Shown: positions 10,355-22,406 of the stretch, in pieces
How positions within the stretch are numbered: the first letter of the stretch is position 1
How the letters are laid out: each line of letters opens with the position of its first letter
From: a bacterium
GTDB taxonomy: Bacteria; Hinthialibacterota; Hinthialibacteria; Hinthialibacterales; Hinthialibacteraceae
Direction of reading: 5' to 3'
DNA length: 64,000 nucleotides
NCBI GenBank assembly: GCA_963662285.2
Contig: CAXXMV010000002.1
Span: forward strand, 1,088,001-1,152,000
Translations under genes and position numbers: made by a program
The notes under the pieces: generated by a model
Databases searched by the model: none
Seen by the model: the letters and a program-made list of their open reading frames with translations, nothing else
Told to the model about the DNA's origin: nothing

Positions 10355-12499
10355 ATGCCGAAGAATACCAAGAATCTATCTACCATATTCTATCCACAAT
10401 CCATTGCTGTTATAGGTACCAATAAAACAAAAGGAACCGTTCCTCATGACATATTCGCCAATTTAATCGAAAGCAATTTTCAAGGAGTAGTTTATCCGGT
10501 TAGTCCGGGCGAAACTTCAGTCGCTTGCGTCAAGGCCTACAAATACATTGTTGATATCCCCGATCCGGTTGATCTGGCTATCCTGGTTTTCCCCAGCTCT
10601 GTTTGTCATCTGGCTTTGGAACAGTGCGGTAAAAAGGGCGTTAAATCAGTTATCATTATTTCAGCCGGATTCAAAGAGGTTGGCGGTAAAGGTCTTGAAC
10701 GGGAAAAACAGCTTAAGCAAATCGCCCAAAAGTATGGTATCTCATTTATTGGTCCGAATTGTTTGGGAGTGATCAACACCGATCCCAAATCACGCTTGAA
10801 TGCTTCTTTCGCCCGTAAAATGCCTGAAGAAGGGAGCATCGGTTTCCTATCCCAAAGCGGCGCCCTCTGTACTGCTGTTTTGGATTACGCCCAATCCAAA
10901 CATATTGGATTCTCTAAATTCGTCAGTTTTGGAAATAAAGCGGATATCAATGAGATCGATCTGCTGTATTACCTGAGAGATGATCCAAAGACCAAAGTTA
11001 TTCTGGTTTATTTAGAAGAAATCAGTGATGGACAGGCTTTAATGAAAGCTGCAAAGGATATTATTTCTCAATCAGGAAAGCCAATTTTGCTGTTGAAATC
11101 CGGCAGGACTGAAGAAGGCGCCGCAGCCGCAGCCTCTCATACCGGTTCTCTTGCCGGCAGTGATATCATTTGCGATGCGGCAATGAAGCAGGCCGGAATA
11201 ATGCGGTGCAATGATATTGAAGAGATGTTTAATCGCGCTATTGCTTTTGCTTATCAACCACTTCCCAAAAGCAATCAGATAGCCATTGTTACTAACGCCG
11301 GTGGTCCAGGCGTTCTGGCGACTGATTCAGCCATCAATTGCGGATTGAAATTGGCCAGTTTTTCTGATGCAACATCAGATTCGTTGCGTAAAAGTTTACC
11401 AACCACCGCCAATACCAAGAATCCCATTGATGTAATCGGTGATGCTCATTCAGACCGTTACAATGCCGCTTTGACCAGCACATTAAAAGATGAAAACGTT
11501 GATGGCGTTTTTGTTATTCTTACTCCACAATCCATGACTGACATAAAAGAAATTGCCCAGGAAATTTGCAATTGCGCAGTGCAATATGAAAAACCGATCT
11601 ATGCTTCATTTATGGGTGAAAACGATGTGGCGGAAGGGATAGATATTTTACAGAGGAACAAGATTCCTCATTATATTCTTCCTGAAAGTATGTGTTCGTC
11701 CTTTACTTCTGCATACGAATTCAATAATCAGTTATCAAATGCATCAGCTGCTGCTCTGGCGCCATGCGAAGGCATCAATACTGACAAGGCTAAAACCATA
11801 TTGAAAAAGGCTGCTCAATCTGGCAAACGTTTCCTGTCAGGCATCGAAGCATTCAAATTATTGGATGCGTATGGTTTGCCGGTAGGAAAGTATGGAATGG
11901 CTAAATCTACGAAAGAAGCAATCGCTGCAGCTGATAAGATTGGTTATCCCGTGGCGATGAAAATAATATCAGAAGATATTGTCCATAAATTCGATGTTCA
12001 GGGAGTGAAACTTAATCTTAATTCATCCAAGGAAGTTGCGGATAGTTATTCGACCATGATGAAAAGTATCTCTGAAAGCCATCCTGACGCCAAATTGGAA
12101 GGAACTCTTATTCAGAAAATGGGTGAAGCAGGAGAAGAAGTTATTCTGGGAATCAAACGGGACCAGACATTCGGCGCTGTAATTCTGTTTGGCCTGGGAG
12201 GGATTTTTGTTGAAATATTCAAAGATGTAAGTTTCAGGATTGCCCCGCTCGATCAGGAGAATATTCGATCAATGATCTCTGAAATCAAAGGCTACCCGAT
12301 TCTTGCCGGAGCTCGGGGGCGCCGCAAGAGAGATATTGCAAGCATTGAAGATTGCCTGCATCGAATATCTCAGTTGGCGATGGATTGTCCTGAAATTCAG
12401 GAGTTAGATATAAATCCCCTCATTATTCATGGAGAAGGCCGAGGCGCATTTGTCGCTGACATAAAAATCCTTATTTCACAGCAGGAAGAGACGCAATAG
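10355..12499 (+). CDS. ADP-forming acetate/acyl-CoA ligase (CoA-binding plus ATP-grasp fusion)
   Basis: GPNCLG; SQSGAL; ASHTGSLAG (phospho-His); TNAGGPG; NPIDVIGDA; ELDINPL. Confidence 0.92.
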   Translation: MPKNTKNLSTIFYPQSIAVIGTNKTKGTVPHDIFANLIESNFQGVVYPVSPGETSVACVKAYKYIVDIPDPVDLAILVFPSSVCHLALEQCGKKGVKSVIIISAGFKEVGGKGLEREKQLKQIAQKYGISFIGPNCLGVINTDPKSRLNASFARKMPEEGSIGFLSQSGALCTAVLDYAQSKHIGFSKFVSFGNKADINEIDLLYYLRDDPKTKVILVYLEEISDGQALMKAAKDIISQSGKPILLLKSGRTEEGAAAAASHTGSLAGSDIICDAAMKQAGIMRCNDIEEMFNRAIAFAYQPLPKSNQIAIVTNAGGPGVLATDSAINCGLKLASFSDATSDSLRKSLPTTANTKNPIDVIGDAHSDRYNAALTSTLKDENVDGVFVILTPQSMTDIKEIAQEICNCAVQYEKPIYASFMGENDVAEGIDILQRNKIPHYILPESMCSSFTSAYEFNNQLSNASAAALAPCEGINTDKAKTILKKAAQSGKRFLSGIEAFKLLDAYGLPVGKYGMAKSTKEAIAAADKIGYPVAMKIISEDIVHKFDVQGVKLNLNSSKEVADSYSTMMKSISESHPDAKLEGTLIQKMGEAGEEVILGIKRDQTFGAVILFGLGGIFVEIFKDVSFRIAPLDQENIRSMISEIKGYPILAGARGRRKRDIASIEDCLHRISQLAMDCPEIQELDINPLIIHGEGRGAFVADIKILISQQEETQ

Positions 12500-12562
12500 T
12501 ACTTGCTAACTTGTAGAAACAAGTAAATATAGCCAAACCCATATCTTAAGGAGATATCGATT

Positions 12563-13369
12563 ATGAGAATTATTATCCACGATAATTATGTGACTTTAAG
12601 CAAATGGATAGCCTGTTACGTCGCCAACCGCATCAATGCTTTTAAGCCCACGGCGGACAAACCATTTGTGCTGGGATTGCCGACCGGTTCATCTCCCATT
12701 GGAACCTATCAGAATCTTGTAGAACTCAACAAACAGGGGAAAGTTTCTTTTCAAAACGTTATAACATTCAATATGGATGAATACGTAAATTTGCCCGAAG
12801 ATCATGACCAAAGTTATCATTATTTCATGTGGCAGCATTTCTTCTCTCATATTGATATAAAAAAAGAAAATATCAATATTCTTGATGGTAACGCGTCAGA
12901 CCTGAAAAAAGAATGTATCAATTACGAGAAAAGAATCAAAAAAGCTGGAGGGATTCAGCTGTTTCTCGGTGGAATCGGCCCGGATGGTCACATTGCTTTT
13001 AACGAGCCAGGTTCATCCTTGACCTCTCGAACCAGAATAAAAACCCTGACCTACGATACCATATTGGCCAATTCCCGGTTTTTCGATAACGACATCGGCA
13101 AGGTTCCCAAGCAAGCGCTAACGGTTGGGGTAGGTACTGTAATGGATTCAGAAGAAGTGTTGATTATTGTAAATGGCTACGGTAAAGCCCATGCCTTGCA
13201 GAAAGCTGTTGAGGATGGCGTAAATCACATGTGGACGGTTTCAGCGCTGCAAATGCATAAGCAATCCATGATCGTGTGTGATGATCCCGCTACTATGGAA
13301 TTAAAAGTCGGCACCGTACGTTATTTCCAATCAATAGAGAAAGATCATCTTGATATTCAACTGATATAA
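12563..13369 (+). CDS. nagB: Glucosamine-6-phosphate deaminase
   Basis: LGLPTGSSP; TFNMDEY; [17 protein letters not shown]. Confidence 0.96.
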   Translation: MRIIIHDNYVTLSKWIACYVANRINAFKPTADKPFVLGLPTGSSPIGTYQNLVELNKQGKVSFQNVITFNMDEYVNLPEDHDQSYHYFMWQHFFSHIDIKKENINILDGNASDLKKECINYEKRIKKAGGIQLFLGGIGPDGHIAFNEPGSSLTSRTRIKTLTYDTILANSRFFDNDIGKVPKQALTVGVGTVMDSEEVLIIVNGYGKAHALQKAVEDGVNHMWTVSALQMHKQSMIVCDDPATMELKVGTVRYFQSIEKDHLDIQLI

Positions 13370-13377
13370 ACTAAATG

Positions 13378-13431
13378 ATACTAGAGTGGTTCGCATACGA
13401 AATAAGTATGTTTTGCGAACCACTCTAGTAT
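13378..13431. repeat. Palindromic element with CTAG-containing arms (MITE-like or terminator)
   Basis: 18-bp perfect inverted repeat atactagagtggttcgca ... tgcgaaccactctagtat; a lone arm tgcgaaccgctctag recurs at 22525-22539. Confidence 0.7.
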
Positions 13432-13437
13432 TCTTGT

Positions 13438-13535
13438 CAACCATAAATGTCGGATAACCAAATCCCCTCTCTCTCCGGGATAGGGCTAGGGTGAGGGGTG
13501 AAATTGAAAACACTTCCCGGCAAAACGAGTTTAAC
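13438..13535. repeat. Dispersed ~95-bp repeat with CCCTCTC/GAGAGGG palindromic core, copy 1
   Basis: Reverse complement aligns by eye to 27635-27724 and 58046-58108. Confidence 0.8.
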
Positions 13536-13568
13536 TAACTACTATAAATCTCAATTGGATTCAAAATT

Positions 13569-15542
13569 ATGACATATAGAAACCTGACAGAACAAGAAAT
13601 ATCCACCCTTGAATCTCAAGGATGTTTTTGCAGAAATTGGCATGATTGTCTGGTCAAAGAGCCTTTTGATCCCCAATTCATCAGAAACGTATCTTTCCAG
13701 GGCCTAGTCAAAATTGGATCTTTTTATAAAACTGGAAATCTACAGGACGCTTTGGGGTTGCGCCAAAGTTCGATAAGCGATTGCACGCTGGGCAATAACG
13801 TCTGCATTTCGAATGTTTCTCTTTTGAAATCTTATGATGTTGAAGATGACGTCACTATTCGGAATGTTGGAACTCTGGAGGTTGACGGTCCCTGTACATT
13901 TGGTAATGGAACCTCAATTGAAGTTTTGAATGAAGGCGGTGGTCGCACTATCAAGATTTATGATGGTCTTACCGCACAGATCGCATATTTATTGGCGGTA
14001 TATCGTCATCGACCGGCTATGATCAAGCAGTTAAATGTATTGATTGACGATTATGTTCAATCTTGCATCTCCTCAAGAGGAATGATTGGGAAAAGCGCTT
14101 CGCTCATAAATTGTCAAACCTTGAAAAATATCAAAGTTGGGGCTTATTCATCGATTGAAGGCGCTAATCGTTTGGAAAACGGCGCGATTGTCAGTGATGA
14201 GGTAAATCCCGTCCGCATCGGCAACGGCGTTTTCGCCAAGAATTTCATCATCCAAAGTGGTTCGACGGTTGATAGTTCCGCGATTTTAACTGATGTGTTC
14301 GTCGGGCAGGCGGTTAAAATCGGAAAACAGTTTTCGGCAGAGAATTCCGCGTTTTTCGCCAACTGCGAAGGTTTTCATGGCGAAGCATGTTCTATATTCG
14401 CCGGTCCTTATACTGTTACTCATCACAAATCTACGTTGCTGATTGCCGGACTCTTCTCATTTTACAACGCTGGCAGTGGAACCAATCAAAGCAACCATAT
14501 GTATAAACTTGGACCGAACCATCAGGGAATCCTTCAGCGGGGATCAAAAACCGGATCATTCTCATACTTGCTATGGCCCTGCGCAATAGGACCGTTTTCA
14601 GTTGTGATCGGTAAGCATTACGCTAACTTTGACACTACTGATCTGCCCTTTTCTTACCTTAATGAAGAGGATGGCAAAAGCGTTTTGACGCCAGCTATGA
14701 ACCTTCTTACGGTCGGTACGCAACGTGATAGTCAAAAATGGCCTTCACGCGACCGCAGAAAAGGTGAACATAAATTAGATTTGATACACTTTGATCTGTT
14801 TAATCCCTTCACAATCGGGAAAGTGATTAGCGCTGCCCGGATTCTGCAAGATTTGTACGCCAATGCATCCAAAGAGAACGAATACGTTCAATACCAAGGC
14901 GTGCACATCAAGCGTCTATTACTCAAAACCTGCCGTAAATATTATGATATCGCCATCAAGATTTTTGTGGGCGATTGTATGATTGACAGACTTGAAGAAT
15001 TATCCAATCATTCTAGTTTTGAGGATTGGAAGAAAACGCTGCTTACGCAGGATGAACCGGAATCTTTTGAATGGGTGGATATTTGTGGGCTTTTGGCGCC
15101 TGCTTCTTCAATTGAAAAACTCGTTTCTTTAATCGAAGCGCAAGAGATTACTACGGTTGCTGGCGTGACGGATCATCTTCGAACCATTTATGATGAATAC
15201 GACGCAAATAAATGGGATTGGCTGAGCCTGTTAATCGAGAAAATATTCTCAACAAGTATCAATGATTTGTCGAAAGACCAGTTTATTCAAATAGTTAATG
15301 ACTGGAAAACCAACAGTACTAAACTGAATAAAATGGTAATCCAGGACGCCCAGAAAGAATTTGACCAAAATGCCCGCATAGGCTATGGAATTGATGGAGA
15401 TGACGCAATACGGGAACAAGATTTTGATGAAGTACGCGGCAAAGTGGAAACCAATTCTTTTATCAAGGGAATTAATGATGCGATCAATGTAATTGAAGTT
15501 AAATCTTCGAAAGTTATTGAAAAATTGGAACAATTAAATTAG
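13569..15542 (+). CDS. DUF4954-family protein (left-handed beta-helix-like repeats)
   Basis: YRNLTEQEI start, VLNEGGGR, GEACSIFAGPYTVTHHKSTLLIAG, GSGTNQSNHMYKLGP, KWPSRDRR resemble DUF4954 proteins of Bacteroidota. Confidence 0.8.
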   Translation: MTYRNLTEQEISTLESQGCFCRNWHDCLVKEPFDPQFIRNVSFQGLVKIGSFYKTGNLQDALGLRQSSISDCTLGNNVCISNVSLLKSYDVEDDVTIRNVGTLEVDGPCTFGNGTSIEVLNEGGGRTIKIYDGLTAQIAYLLAVYRHRPAMIKQLNVLIDDYVQSCISSRGMIGKSASLINCQTLKNIKVGAYSSIEGANRLENGAIVSDEVNPVRIGNGVFAKNFIIQSGSTVDSSAILTDVFVGQAVKIGKQFSAENSAFFANCEGFHGEACSIFAGPYTVTHHKSTLLIAGLFSFYNAGSGTNQSNHMYKLGPNHQGILQRGSKTGSFSYLLWPCAIGPFSVVIGKHYANFDTTDLPFSYLNEEDGKSVLTPAMNLLTVGTQRDSQKWPSRDRRKGEHKLDLIHFDLFNPFTIGKVISAARILQDLYANASKENEYVQYQGVHIKRLLLKTCRKYYDIAIKIFVGDCMIDRLEELSNHSSFEDWKKTLLTQDEPESFEWVDICGLLAPASSIEKLVSLIEAQEITTVAGVTDHLRTIYDEYDANKWDWLSLLIEKIFSTSINDLSKDQFIQIVNDWKTNSTKLNKMVIQDAQKEFDQNARIGYGIDGDDAIREQDFDEVRGKVETNSFIKGINDAINVIEVKSSKVIEKLEQLN

Positions 15543-15553
15543 AACTAACAAAA

Positions 15554-15602
15554 AGAAGGCGCATTAGAGTGGTTTTCTTAGTAACATTCTGATGCGCCTT
15601 CT
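15554..15602 (+). terminator. Probable terminator hairpin after the DUF4954 gene
   Basis: agaaggcgcattaga ... tctgatgcgccttct stem followed by atttctt. Confidence 0.6.
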
Positions 15603-15719
15603 ATTTCTTGACCGCATGAAATCTCAAATATTCATTTCACCCCCGCAAATTACCTTTTATCATAAACCTATAATATTCAAATGATTATGCTGAATAATAG
15701 GCGTGTCCCGTTTTTTAGA

Positions 15720-15755
15720 TGGAAATTATTTTGATTTTTATCAAAATAATTTCCA
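15720..15755. promoter_or_regulatory. Inverted repeat upstream of sigma factor gene (candidate operator)
   Basis: tggaaattattttgat-tttt-atcaaaataatttcca, 16-bp perfect arms about 90 bp before the start codon. Confidence 0.5.
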
Positions 15756-15844
15756 ACTTTTATATAAATGTCAGCACTACTATATAAGAGCATTTTTTAT
15801 TGATTTGCAGATAGAGCCTTTAATGAGAGATAGGAGATGGGAAA

Positions 15845-16675
15845 ATGTCATTTGAAGGTATTTCCATCAAAAAACTACTCCAAGGAATCGATCACAAGCC
15901 GTTGGCGCCATCTGAAGAAAAAAAGTTATTAGCGCTTTCACTAAAAGGCGATCCATCAGCCCGTGACCGGCTGGTTGAAGCGAATCAACGTTTTGTGATT
16001 CGCATGGCTATCTCATACAGGAACCAGGGTTTGACTCTGTCAGACTTGATCCAGGAAGGCAATCTGGGTCTTATCGAAGCCATAGACCGTTTCGATCCTG
16101 AAAAGCAATGCCGCCTGATATCATACGCCGCATGGTGGATCAGGCTCTATATGCAACGTGCGATTGAACAGAAATCACGCACCGTTACTATACCGATAAA
16201 TAAAGTAAGTACGCTCAAAAAGATCAAGAATTTTGAATATGGCTTCGTCAAAAGCAACGGACGGAAACCATCTTATCATGAAATTGCCGAAGCGATCGAT
16301 ATGGATGAAAGTAAGGTTGAATATATATATAACCTGGGAACATCCACCATTTCGATTTATGTGGAAGATGAAGACGGACAAACCATAGAAGATAAACTCG
16401 AAGTTAACGATGCTGAACCGTTACGCGATAAGGTATGGCTTAGCGAATTAACCAGCCGCATCTTAAAAGCGCTTAATCTACTGACTCCAAAAGAGCAGGA
16501 TGTGCTGCGCTGCCGCTTCGGTTTAGATACAGGCGATCCGGCAAGTCTCAGGCAGGCTGGCAGAAGACTCGGTTTGTCGGCGGAAGGCGTAAGACAGATA
16601 CAGGCGCAAGCATTGAAAAAATTGAAAGATCCAGAATTTGAATCAGGATTACATATATTTGCGCAAGCGATGTAA
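15845..16675 (+). CDS. Sigma-70 family RNA polymerase sigma factor (RpoD/RpoS-like, lacks region 1.1)
   Basis: DLIQEGNLGLIEAIDRFDP; SYAAWWIR; region 4 LSAEGVRQIQAQALKKL. Confidence 0.93.
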   Translation: MSFEGISIKKLLQGIDHKPLAPSEEKKLLALSLKGDPSARDRLVEANQRFVIRMAISYRNQGLTLSDLIQEGNLGLIEAIDRFDPEKQCRLISYAAWWIRLYMQRAIEQKSRTVTIPINKVSTLKKIKNFEYGFVKSNGRKPSYHEIAEAIDMDESKVEYIYNLGTSTISIYVEDEDGQTIEDKLEVNDAEPLRDKVWLSELTSRILKALNLLTPKEQDVLRCRFGLDTGDPASLRQAGRRLGLSAEGVRQIQAQALKKLKDPEFESGLHIFAQAM

Positions 16676-16920
16676 CGTATTGTTTTTACTTGGATTGAGA
16701 TTGTTGTTCGATTCTTGAAGACGTTATATAAAAAATAATAAAAATAGGCAAAAAACTAGCCAAGGATTAAGTATGTAAGAATAAGTACATAAAACTGCAC
16801 AACCTCCCCAACCGTTGATTCAAGATTTCGATCCCCTCGAGTTTTGCTTCAGCGGTTTTTTTTGTTTAAAACGATACTGAAAAATAATAATTTCCCGCAA
16901 TATGTTCCCGTAATATGTTA

Positions 16921-17124
16921 CCGCAATATCTTGTGTATTTTTGTATGTTATCTACTTTATAGTGTTATTTTGAGGTTTTTATGGAGTGGTTTTAAACTTT
17001 TTTTGCCTGTGAATATCCTGTATATCTCAAATTATCTAAGCAGTGATTAATCAACAATTAACTTAACCATAATTTAATACTATATCTTGTGTATGAGTTG
17101 TGGATTAACCACTTTATGCTGTTT
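16921..17124. promoter_or_regulatory. Two tandem pairs of NrdR-box-like sites upstream of smc
   Basis: CCGCAATATCTTGTGT (16921) with CTACTTTATAGTGTTA (16952); ATACTATATCTTGTGT (17077) with CCACTTTATGCTGTTT (17109); consensus acaCwAtATaTwGtgt; spacings 31 and 32 bp. Confidence 0.6.
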
Positions 17125-17131
17125 TTTTCTG

Positions 17132-17160
17132 TTGACAGAAGCATATAGCTGGATTATAGT
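17132..17160 (+). promoter_or_regulatory. Sigma70-type promoter of smc
   Basis: TTGACA-N17-TATAGT about 110 bp upstream of the ATG. Confidence 0.75.
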
Positions 17161-17268
17161 TTCCCCTATTACGGTGCATAAGAGCCGTATTCTTGTTGCA
17201 TGATTTCTTTATTTTTTATATTTTTTTTATTAGGCAAAAAGATCAGGGCTTAAAGCGAGAGGTTTTTT

Positions 17269-20200
17269 ATGTATCTTAGAAAACTGTCTGTTGTTGGATT
17301 TAAATCATTTGCGAACTCGATTGAAATTGATTTCGATCAGGGCGTAACAGGAGTCGTCGGACCCAATGGATGTGGTAAGTCTAATGTGTCCGATGCGATT
17401 CGCTGGGTATTGGGAGAACAGAGTCCAAGACGTCTGCGCGGCGGGATCATGCAGGACATGATCTTCAACGGAACCGCCTCCCGTGGCGCGGCGGGTCTGG
17501 CGGAGGTATCGCTTCTTTTCGATAATTCTGATGGTCTGCTGCCTGTTTCATACCAGGAAGTTGAGATAACTCGCCGATTGCACCGTAGCGGCGAAAGCGA
17601 ATATCTAATCAATAACACCAAATGCCGGTTGAAAGATGTAACGGATCTTTTTCTCGATTCGGGAATCGGTACAAACTCCTATTCATTGATGGAGCAAGGG
17701 CGCGTTGATATGATCGTCAACGCCAAACCCACCCAACGCCGTGAACTACTGGAAGAAGCGGCGGGCGTATCCCGTTTTCTGCATCGCAGGCAGGAAGCCT
17801 TGAGGAAATTGGATCGTACCGATCAGGACCTGACTCGAATCAATGATATTTTTTCGGAATTACAGCGCCAGCGCAGATCGCTGGAAAGGCAGGCGAGTCA
17901 AGCTAATTTGGCGAGAAAATATCGCTTGGAGTTGCAGCGCGTTGAATATGCGATGCATATTCGAGGTGGAAAAGTATTATTCGCATCAATGGAAGAAAAG
18001 ACAAACCGCTTAAAAGGTTTGATAGCCCGTCTGGAAACGCTGGAAGGGCAATTGAGTGAAGTCCGGCAACGTAAGCGCAATCTGTCGCAACGTATGCAGG
18101 AACAGGATGAGTTGAACCGCAAACAACGCGACGCCTATGCAACTTCATCCGCTCGTTTGGAACAGATGGAACATAACCTTAAAACAATGGGCGACCGCCT
18201 GAGTGAATATACTCAGCTTCGTACGCGCTTGTTGGGTGAATGCAAAGAAGATAGCAAGCGTAGTGAAGAAGAGCAGCAACGGATTGTTAATACTAAAAAG
18301 CAGATTGAGCAGATTCATGAAGAAAGCGCAATTTTGCGTAATAAATTAGAAGAACTTAATGAAGAACTTAACAAGATAAATCGCGATTTCGCCGAATTCG
18401 AAAGCGAAGGCGAACAACAGCGTAAAACCTTTCTTAATCTGGAGCATGAAATAACCGGAGTCAAGAATCAACAACGCGTGTGGGATCGTGACCGCGAGTT
18501 CTATATTTCCCGTCTAAACCAAAGGAAAAAAGAACTGGGCGAAATAGAGAATGAGTTTACCACTCTTGCTAAAAGAAAAGATGAACTGCAACAGGAAGGC
18601 TTGGAACTAGAAGAGACTCTGGCCGAAACCCGTTTAAGACAAGAAGACATCTCGCAGAAATTAAACGAACTTTCCCAGTCGGAAACCAATGTTAAAAAAG
18701 AGTTGCAAACAGCCGAGCGTCAATGGCAGCAAGCCAATTCCCGGCTGGAGTCGCTACAGCAGTTGCAAGCCAATCTGGCTGGCTTCGATGAAGGCGTTCG
18801 TTTTCTGTTGCGCGGTCAAAATGATAAGCCCAATGACCTGGTTTGCACCCTGGCGGAACGTATCCAGGTGGAGGCGGGATTTGAAAAAGCTATAGAAACA
18901 GCGTTGGCTGGAAAACTGCAAGCCGTGGTCGCCCGAAACGACGGCGCCGTTTTGGAAGCTGTGCGACGGCTGCGTGATGGAAAAAAAGGGCGGGTATCCT
19001 TCTTCCCGAAATCTGAAGAACAGTTTACTGCTGATACTCAAGCAAAACCTGAGCAGCTGGCTCTATTGCAGAGCGCCGGGGCCGTGGTTAATTGTGAATC
19101 TGATATTAAACCTATCCTGGATCGTTTGTTGAATCAGGTTTATCTGATCAATACGCTGGATGAAGCGCTTCCCTTAAGAAAATTTCTCCCCACTGGCGCC
19201 AGTATGGTGACGCGCGATGGTGATGTAGTTGATTTCAATGGATGCATTACTGGCGGCAATAATGCCGGATCGCAAATTCTGAGCCGGACGACTGAAATAT
19301 TAAAACTGGAAAGCGAAGTTAGAGAACTGAAAGAAGTCCGTTCTCAGTTTGAAATCAAGATAAATGAAGTTCGTCAATCGCTTGTTGAAATAACCAAAGA
19401 AAGAGACGTGCTGCGCCAAACGCGCATGGATATTGAAAACCGTTGCCGATTGGCCAAAGATGAACTGCAACGCTCAGATAAACGGTTGCAGAATCTGGAA
19501 CAGTCATGTAAATCAATCAAAGCTGAATGTGACAGTCTTACTCAAGAATTAGACAAAGGCGCTCAGGATGCTGAAGAGCGCGCTCTCATTTTGGAAGGAC
19601 TTGAAGAAAAACGGACCACTCTGGAGGCTACGCTTAACGCCTGGACGGAACAGATGAAACTGGTTCGAGAGAAGCGAAAGACATTGGCTGACCGAGTGGC
19701 CGATCATCGTATGATTTTGTTGGAAAAAGATAAAGATCGTGAACGATGGTTGGGTGATGTGGAAACGCTATCGCGACATCTGCGTGAACTGGAACGCGGG
19801 ATTGATGAAAAACGACGTTTAGCGGAACAGCAGGAAGAGAAGCGCGTTGAAACCGCAAAAGCTTTAGAAGAGACCAAAGATTCTATTATTAAAGTCCGGG
19901 AAGAGCGTGACTTGGTTTGGAAAGAGGTTCGATCTGGAGAAGAGACGACTCAAGGCATCCGCTCTGAAATCAACAAAATCGAAGGTGAAGAAACCAGTTT
20001 GATGAATAACTTCGAAAAGCTTCGTTACGAGCGCGAGGCTGCGGATCAGGAACGATTGAAACTTGAGGTTGAAGAAGAATATTGGCGTAAGAAACTGGAT
20101 GAATCGTACGCAACGTTGGAAGATAAAGAAGAGTGTGAACGGGATCAACGCAACGATGAAGAACTGAATGAGAAAATAGAATTCTACCGGCGGCGCATTT

Positions 20201-20892
20201 CGCAATTAGGGATCGTGAATGAATTGGCCATTGAAGAATATGAAGAAGTTAAGCAGCGATGCGATTTTCTTGAGGCGCAGCAAAAAGACCTATTAAAATC
20301 TAAATCGAATTTGCTTTCCACATCCAAAGAATTGCATGGAGCGACGATAGAGAAATTTCTGGAAACCTTTAACAAGGTCAAGGATAATTTCAATAGAACT
20401 TTCCGGCGTATGTTTAATGGAGGACGAGCGGAATTGGTTCTATTGGACGGCGATCCGATGGAAGCGGGCATCGAGATTGAAGTACAGCCTCCAGGTAAAA
20501 AACTTCAGACAATCTCGTTGTTGTCAGGTGGAGAGAAAGCATTGGTGGCCATTGCACTGCTCTTTGCAATCTACGATATCAAAGCAAGTCCCTTCTGTTT
20601 CCTCGATGAAATCGATGCTCCGTTGGATGATACCAATATCGGTCGTTTTACCAGTATGCTGCGTTCATTTCTTGACCGGTCGCAGTTTATCATGATCACC
20701 CATAGTAAAAAAACCATGTCGATCTGCGATTCATTGTATGGCGTGACCATGGCGGAAGAAGGGATTTCATCGATCTATTCAATGAAATTCAAAAAAGGCA
20801 ACCTGACTACTCTGAACTCAGCGGGCGCCGATTCCAGCCAAGCTACACATGGTAAACTAGTTGAAATGCCAAAGGAAGAAATGGCGGTCTAG
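17269..20892 (+). CDS. smc: Chromosome segregation protein SMC
   Basis: Walker [10 protein letters not shown], long coiled coils with hinge, signature LSGGE, Walker [13 protein letters not shown]. Confidence 0.98.
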   Translation: MYLRKLSVVGFKSFANSIEIDFDQGVTGVVGPNGCGKSNVSDAIRWVLGEQSPRRLRGGIMQDMIFNGTASRGAAGLAEVSLLFDNSDGLLPVSYQEVEITRRLHRSGESEYLINNTKCRLKDVTDLFLDSGIGTNSYSLMEQGRVDMIVNAKPTQRRELLEEAAGVSRFLHRRQEALRKLDRTDQDLTRINDIFSELQRQRRSLERQASQANLARKYRLELQRVEYAMHIRGGKVLFASMEEKTNRLKGLIARLETLEGQLSEVRQRKRNLSQRMQEQDELNRKQRDAYATSSARLEQMEHNLKTMGDRLSEYTQLRTRLLGECKEDSKRSEEEQQRIVNTKKQIEQIHEESAILRNKLEELNEELNKINRDFAEFESEGEQQRKTFLNLEHEITGVKNQQRVWDRDREFYISRLNQRKKELGEIENEFTTLAKRKDELQQEGLELEETLAETRLRQEDISQKLNELSQSETNVKKELQTAERQWQQANSRLESLQQLQANLAGFDEGVRFLLRGQNDKPNDLVCTLAERIQVEAGFEKAIETALAGKLQAVVARNDGAVLEAVRRLRDGKKGRVSFFPKSEEQFTADTQAKPEQLALLQSAGAVVNCESDIKPILDRLLNQVYLINTLDEALPLRKFLPTGASMVTRDGDVVDFNGCITGGNNAGSQILSRTTEILKLESEVRELKEVRSQFEIKINEVRQSLVEITKERDVLRQTRMDIENRCRLAKDELQRSDKRLQNLEQSCKSIKAECDSLTQELDKGAQDAEERALILEGLEEKRTTLEATLNAWTEQMKLVREKRKTLADRVADHRMILLEKDKDRERWLGDVETLSRHLRELERGIDEKRRLAEQQEEKRVETAKALEETKDSIIKVREERDLVWKEVRSGEETTQGIRSEINKIEGEETSLMNNFEKLRYEREAADQERLKLEVEEEYWRKKLDESYATLEDKEECERDQRNDEELNEKIEFYRRRISQLGIVNELAIEEYEEVKQRCDFLEAQQKDLLKSKSNLLSTSKELHGATIEKFLETFNKVKDNFNRTFRRMFNGGRAELVLLDGDPMEAGIEIEVQPPGKKLQTISLLSGGEKALVAIALLFAIYDIKASPFCFLDEIDAPLDDTNIGRFTSMLRSFLDRSQFIMITHSKKTMSICDSLYGVTMAEEGISSIYSMKFKKGNLTTLNSAGADSSQATHGKLVEMPKEEMAV

Positions 20893-21036
20893 TTCAAGAC
20901 GGATGTTGGTTCGCAGTAGGTGATAAAAAATTCTAATGCGAATTGTAATAATAAAAATGGATATAGAAACAACGGATTGTTCCTGCGTAAAATCCGTTTC
21001 AAACAGGCGCTTTTGCGCCCGTGCATCTCTTTGCCT

Positions 21037-21069
21037 CCCCAGAGATTCCTCCTCTCTGGGGTTTTTTTT
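21037..21069 (+). terminator. Intrinsic terminator downstream of smc
   Basis: ccccagaga-ttcctcc-tctctgggg followed by T8. Confidence 0.8.
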
Positions 21070-21320
21070 ATGAAAAAGAGGAGTAATTGAATCGATGCAA
21101 TAATAATTGTGAATAGTTTATTAATAATAAAGGTCGAATATTCAGATATGTTTGATGATCTGATATGCTTGAAAGTAGTGAAATCTGTCAAGGAAAAGCA
21201 ATTCGGTCTATAGTGGAGACTGATTTGAAGGTATAGTAGTCTTTGGTGCACATGTATTTAGGGGTGAATTCAGTTACCCGTTTCATCGTCAAAAAAATTG
21301 GCGACATAGGAGAAATCTGA

Positions 21321-22358
<1,038 letters not shown>

Positions 22359-22372
22359 TAGTAAAGCAAATA

Positions 22373-22406
22373 TTGGTTGAGGGGTAGGATATCTAACCTC
22401 AACCAA
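22373..22406 (+). terminator. Hairpin after mreB (possible terminator or stabiliser)
   Basis: ttggttgagg ... cctcaaccaa stem. Confidence 0.5.

Noticed and set aside
16844-17050. 68-aa hydrophobic ORF upstream of smc
   Set aside because: TTG start inside a terminator-like hairpin with no RBS; the region is better explained as AT-rich regulatory DNA.
16676-17268. Possible replication origin (AT-rich, 13-mers)
   Set aside because: No cluster of TTATCCACA DnaA boxes seen and no dnaA or parAB context.
20893-21320. Possible ncRNA or 120-aa reverse ORF between smc and mreB
   Set aside because: Only a terminator is recognisable; no known RNA motif, and the ORF lacks coding features.
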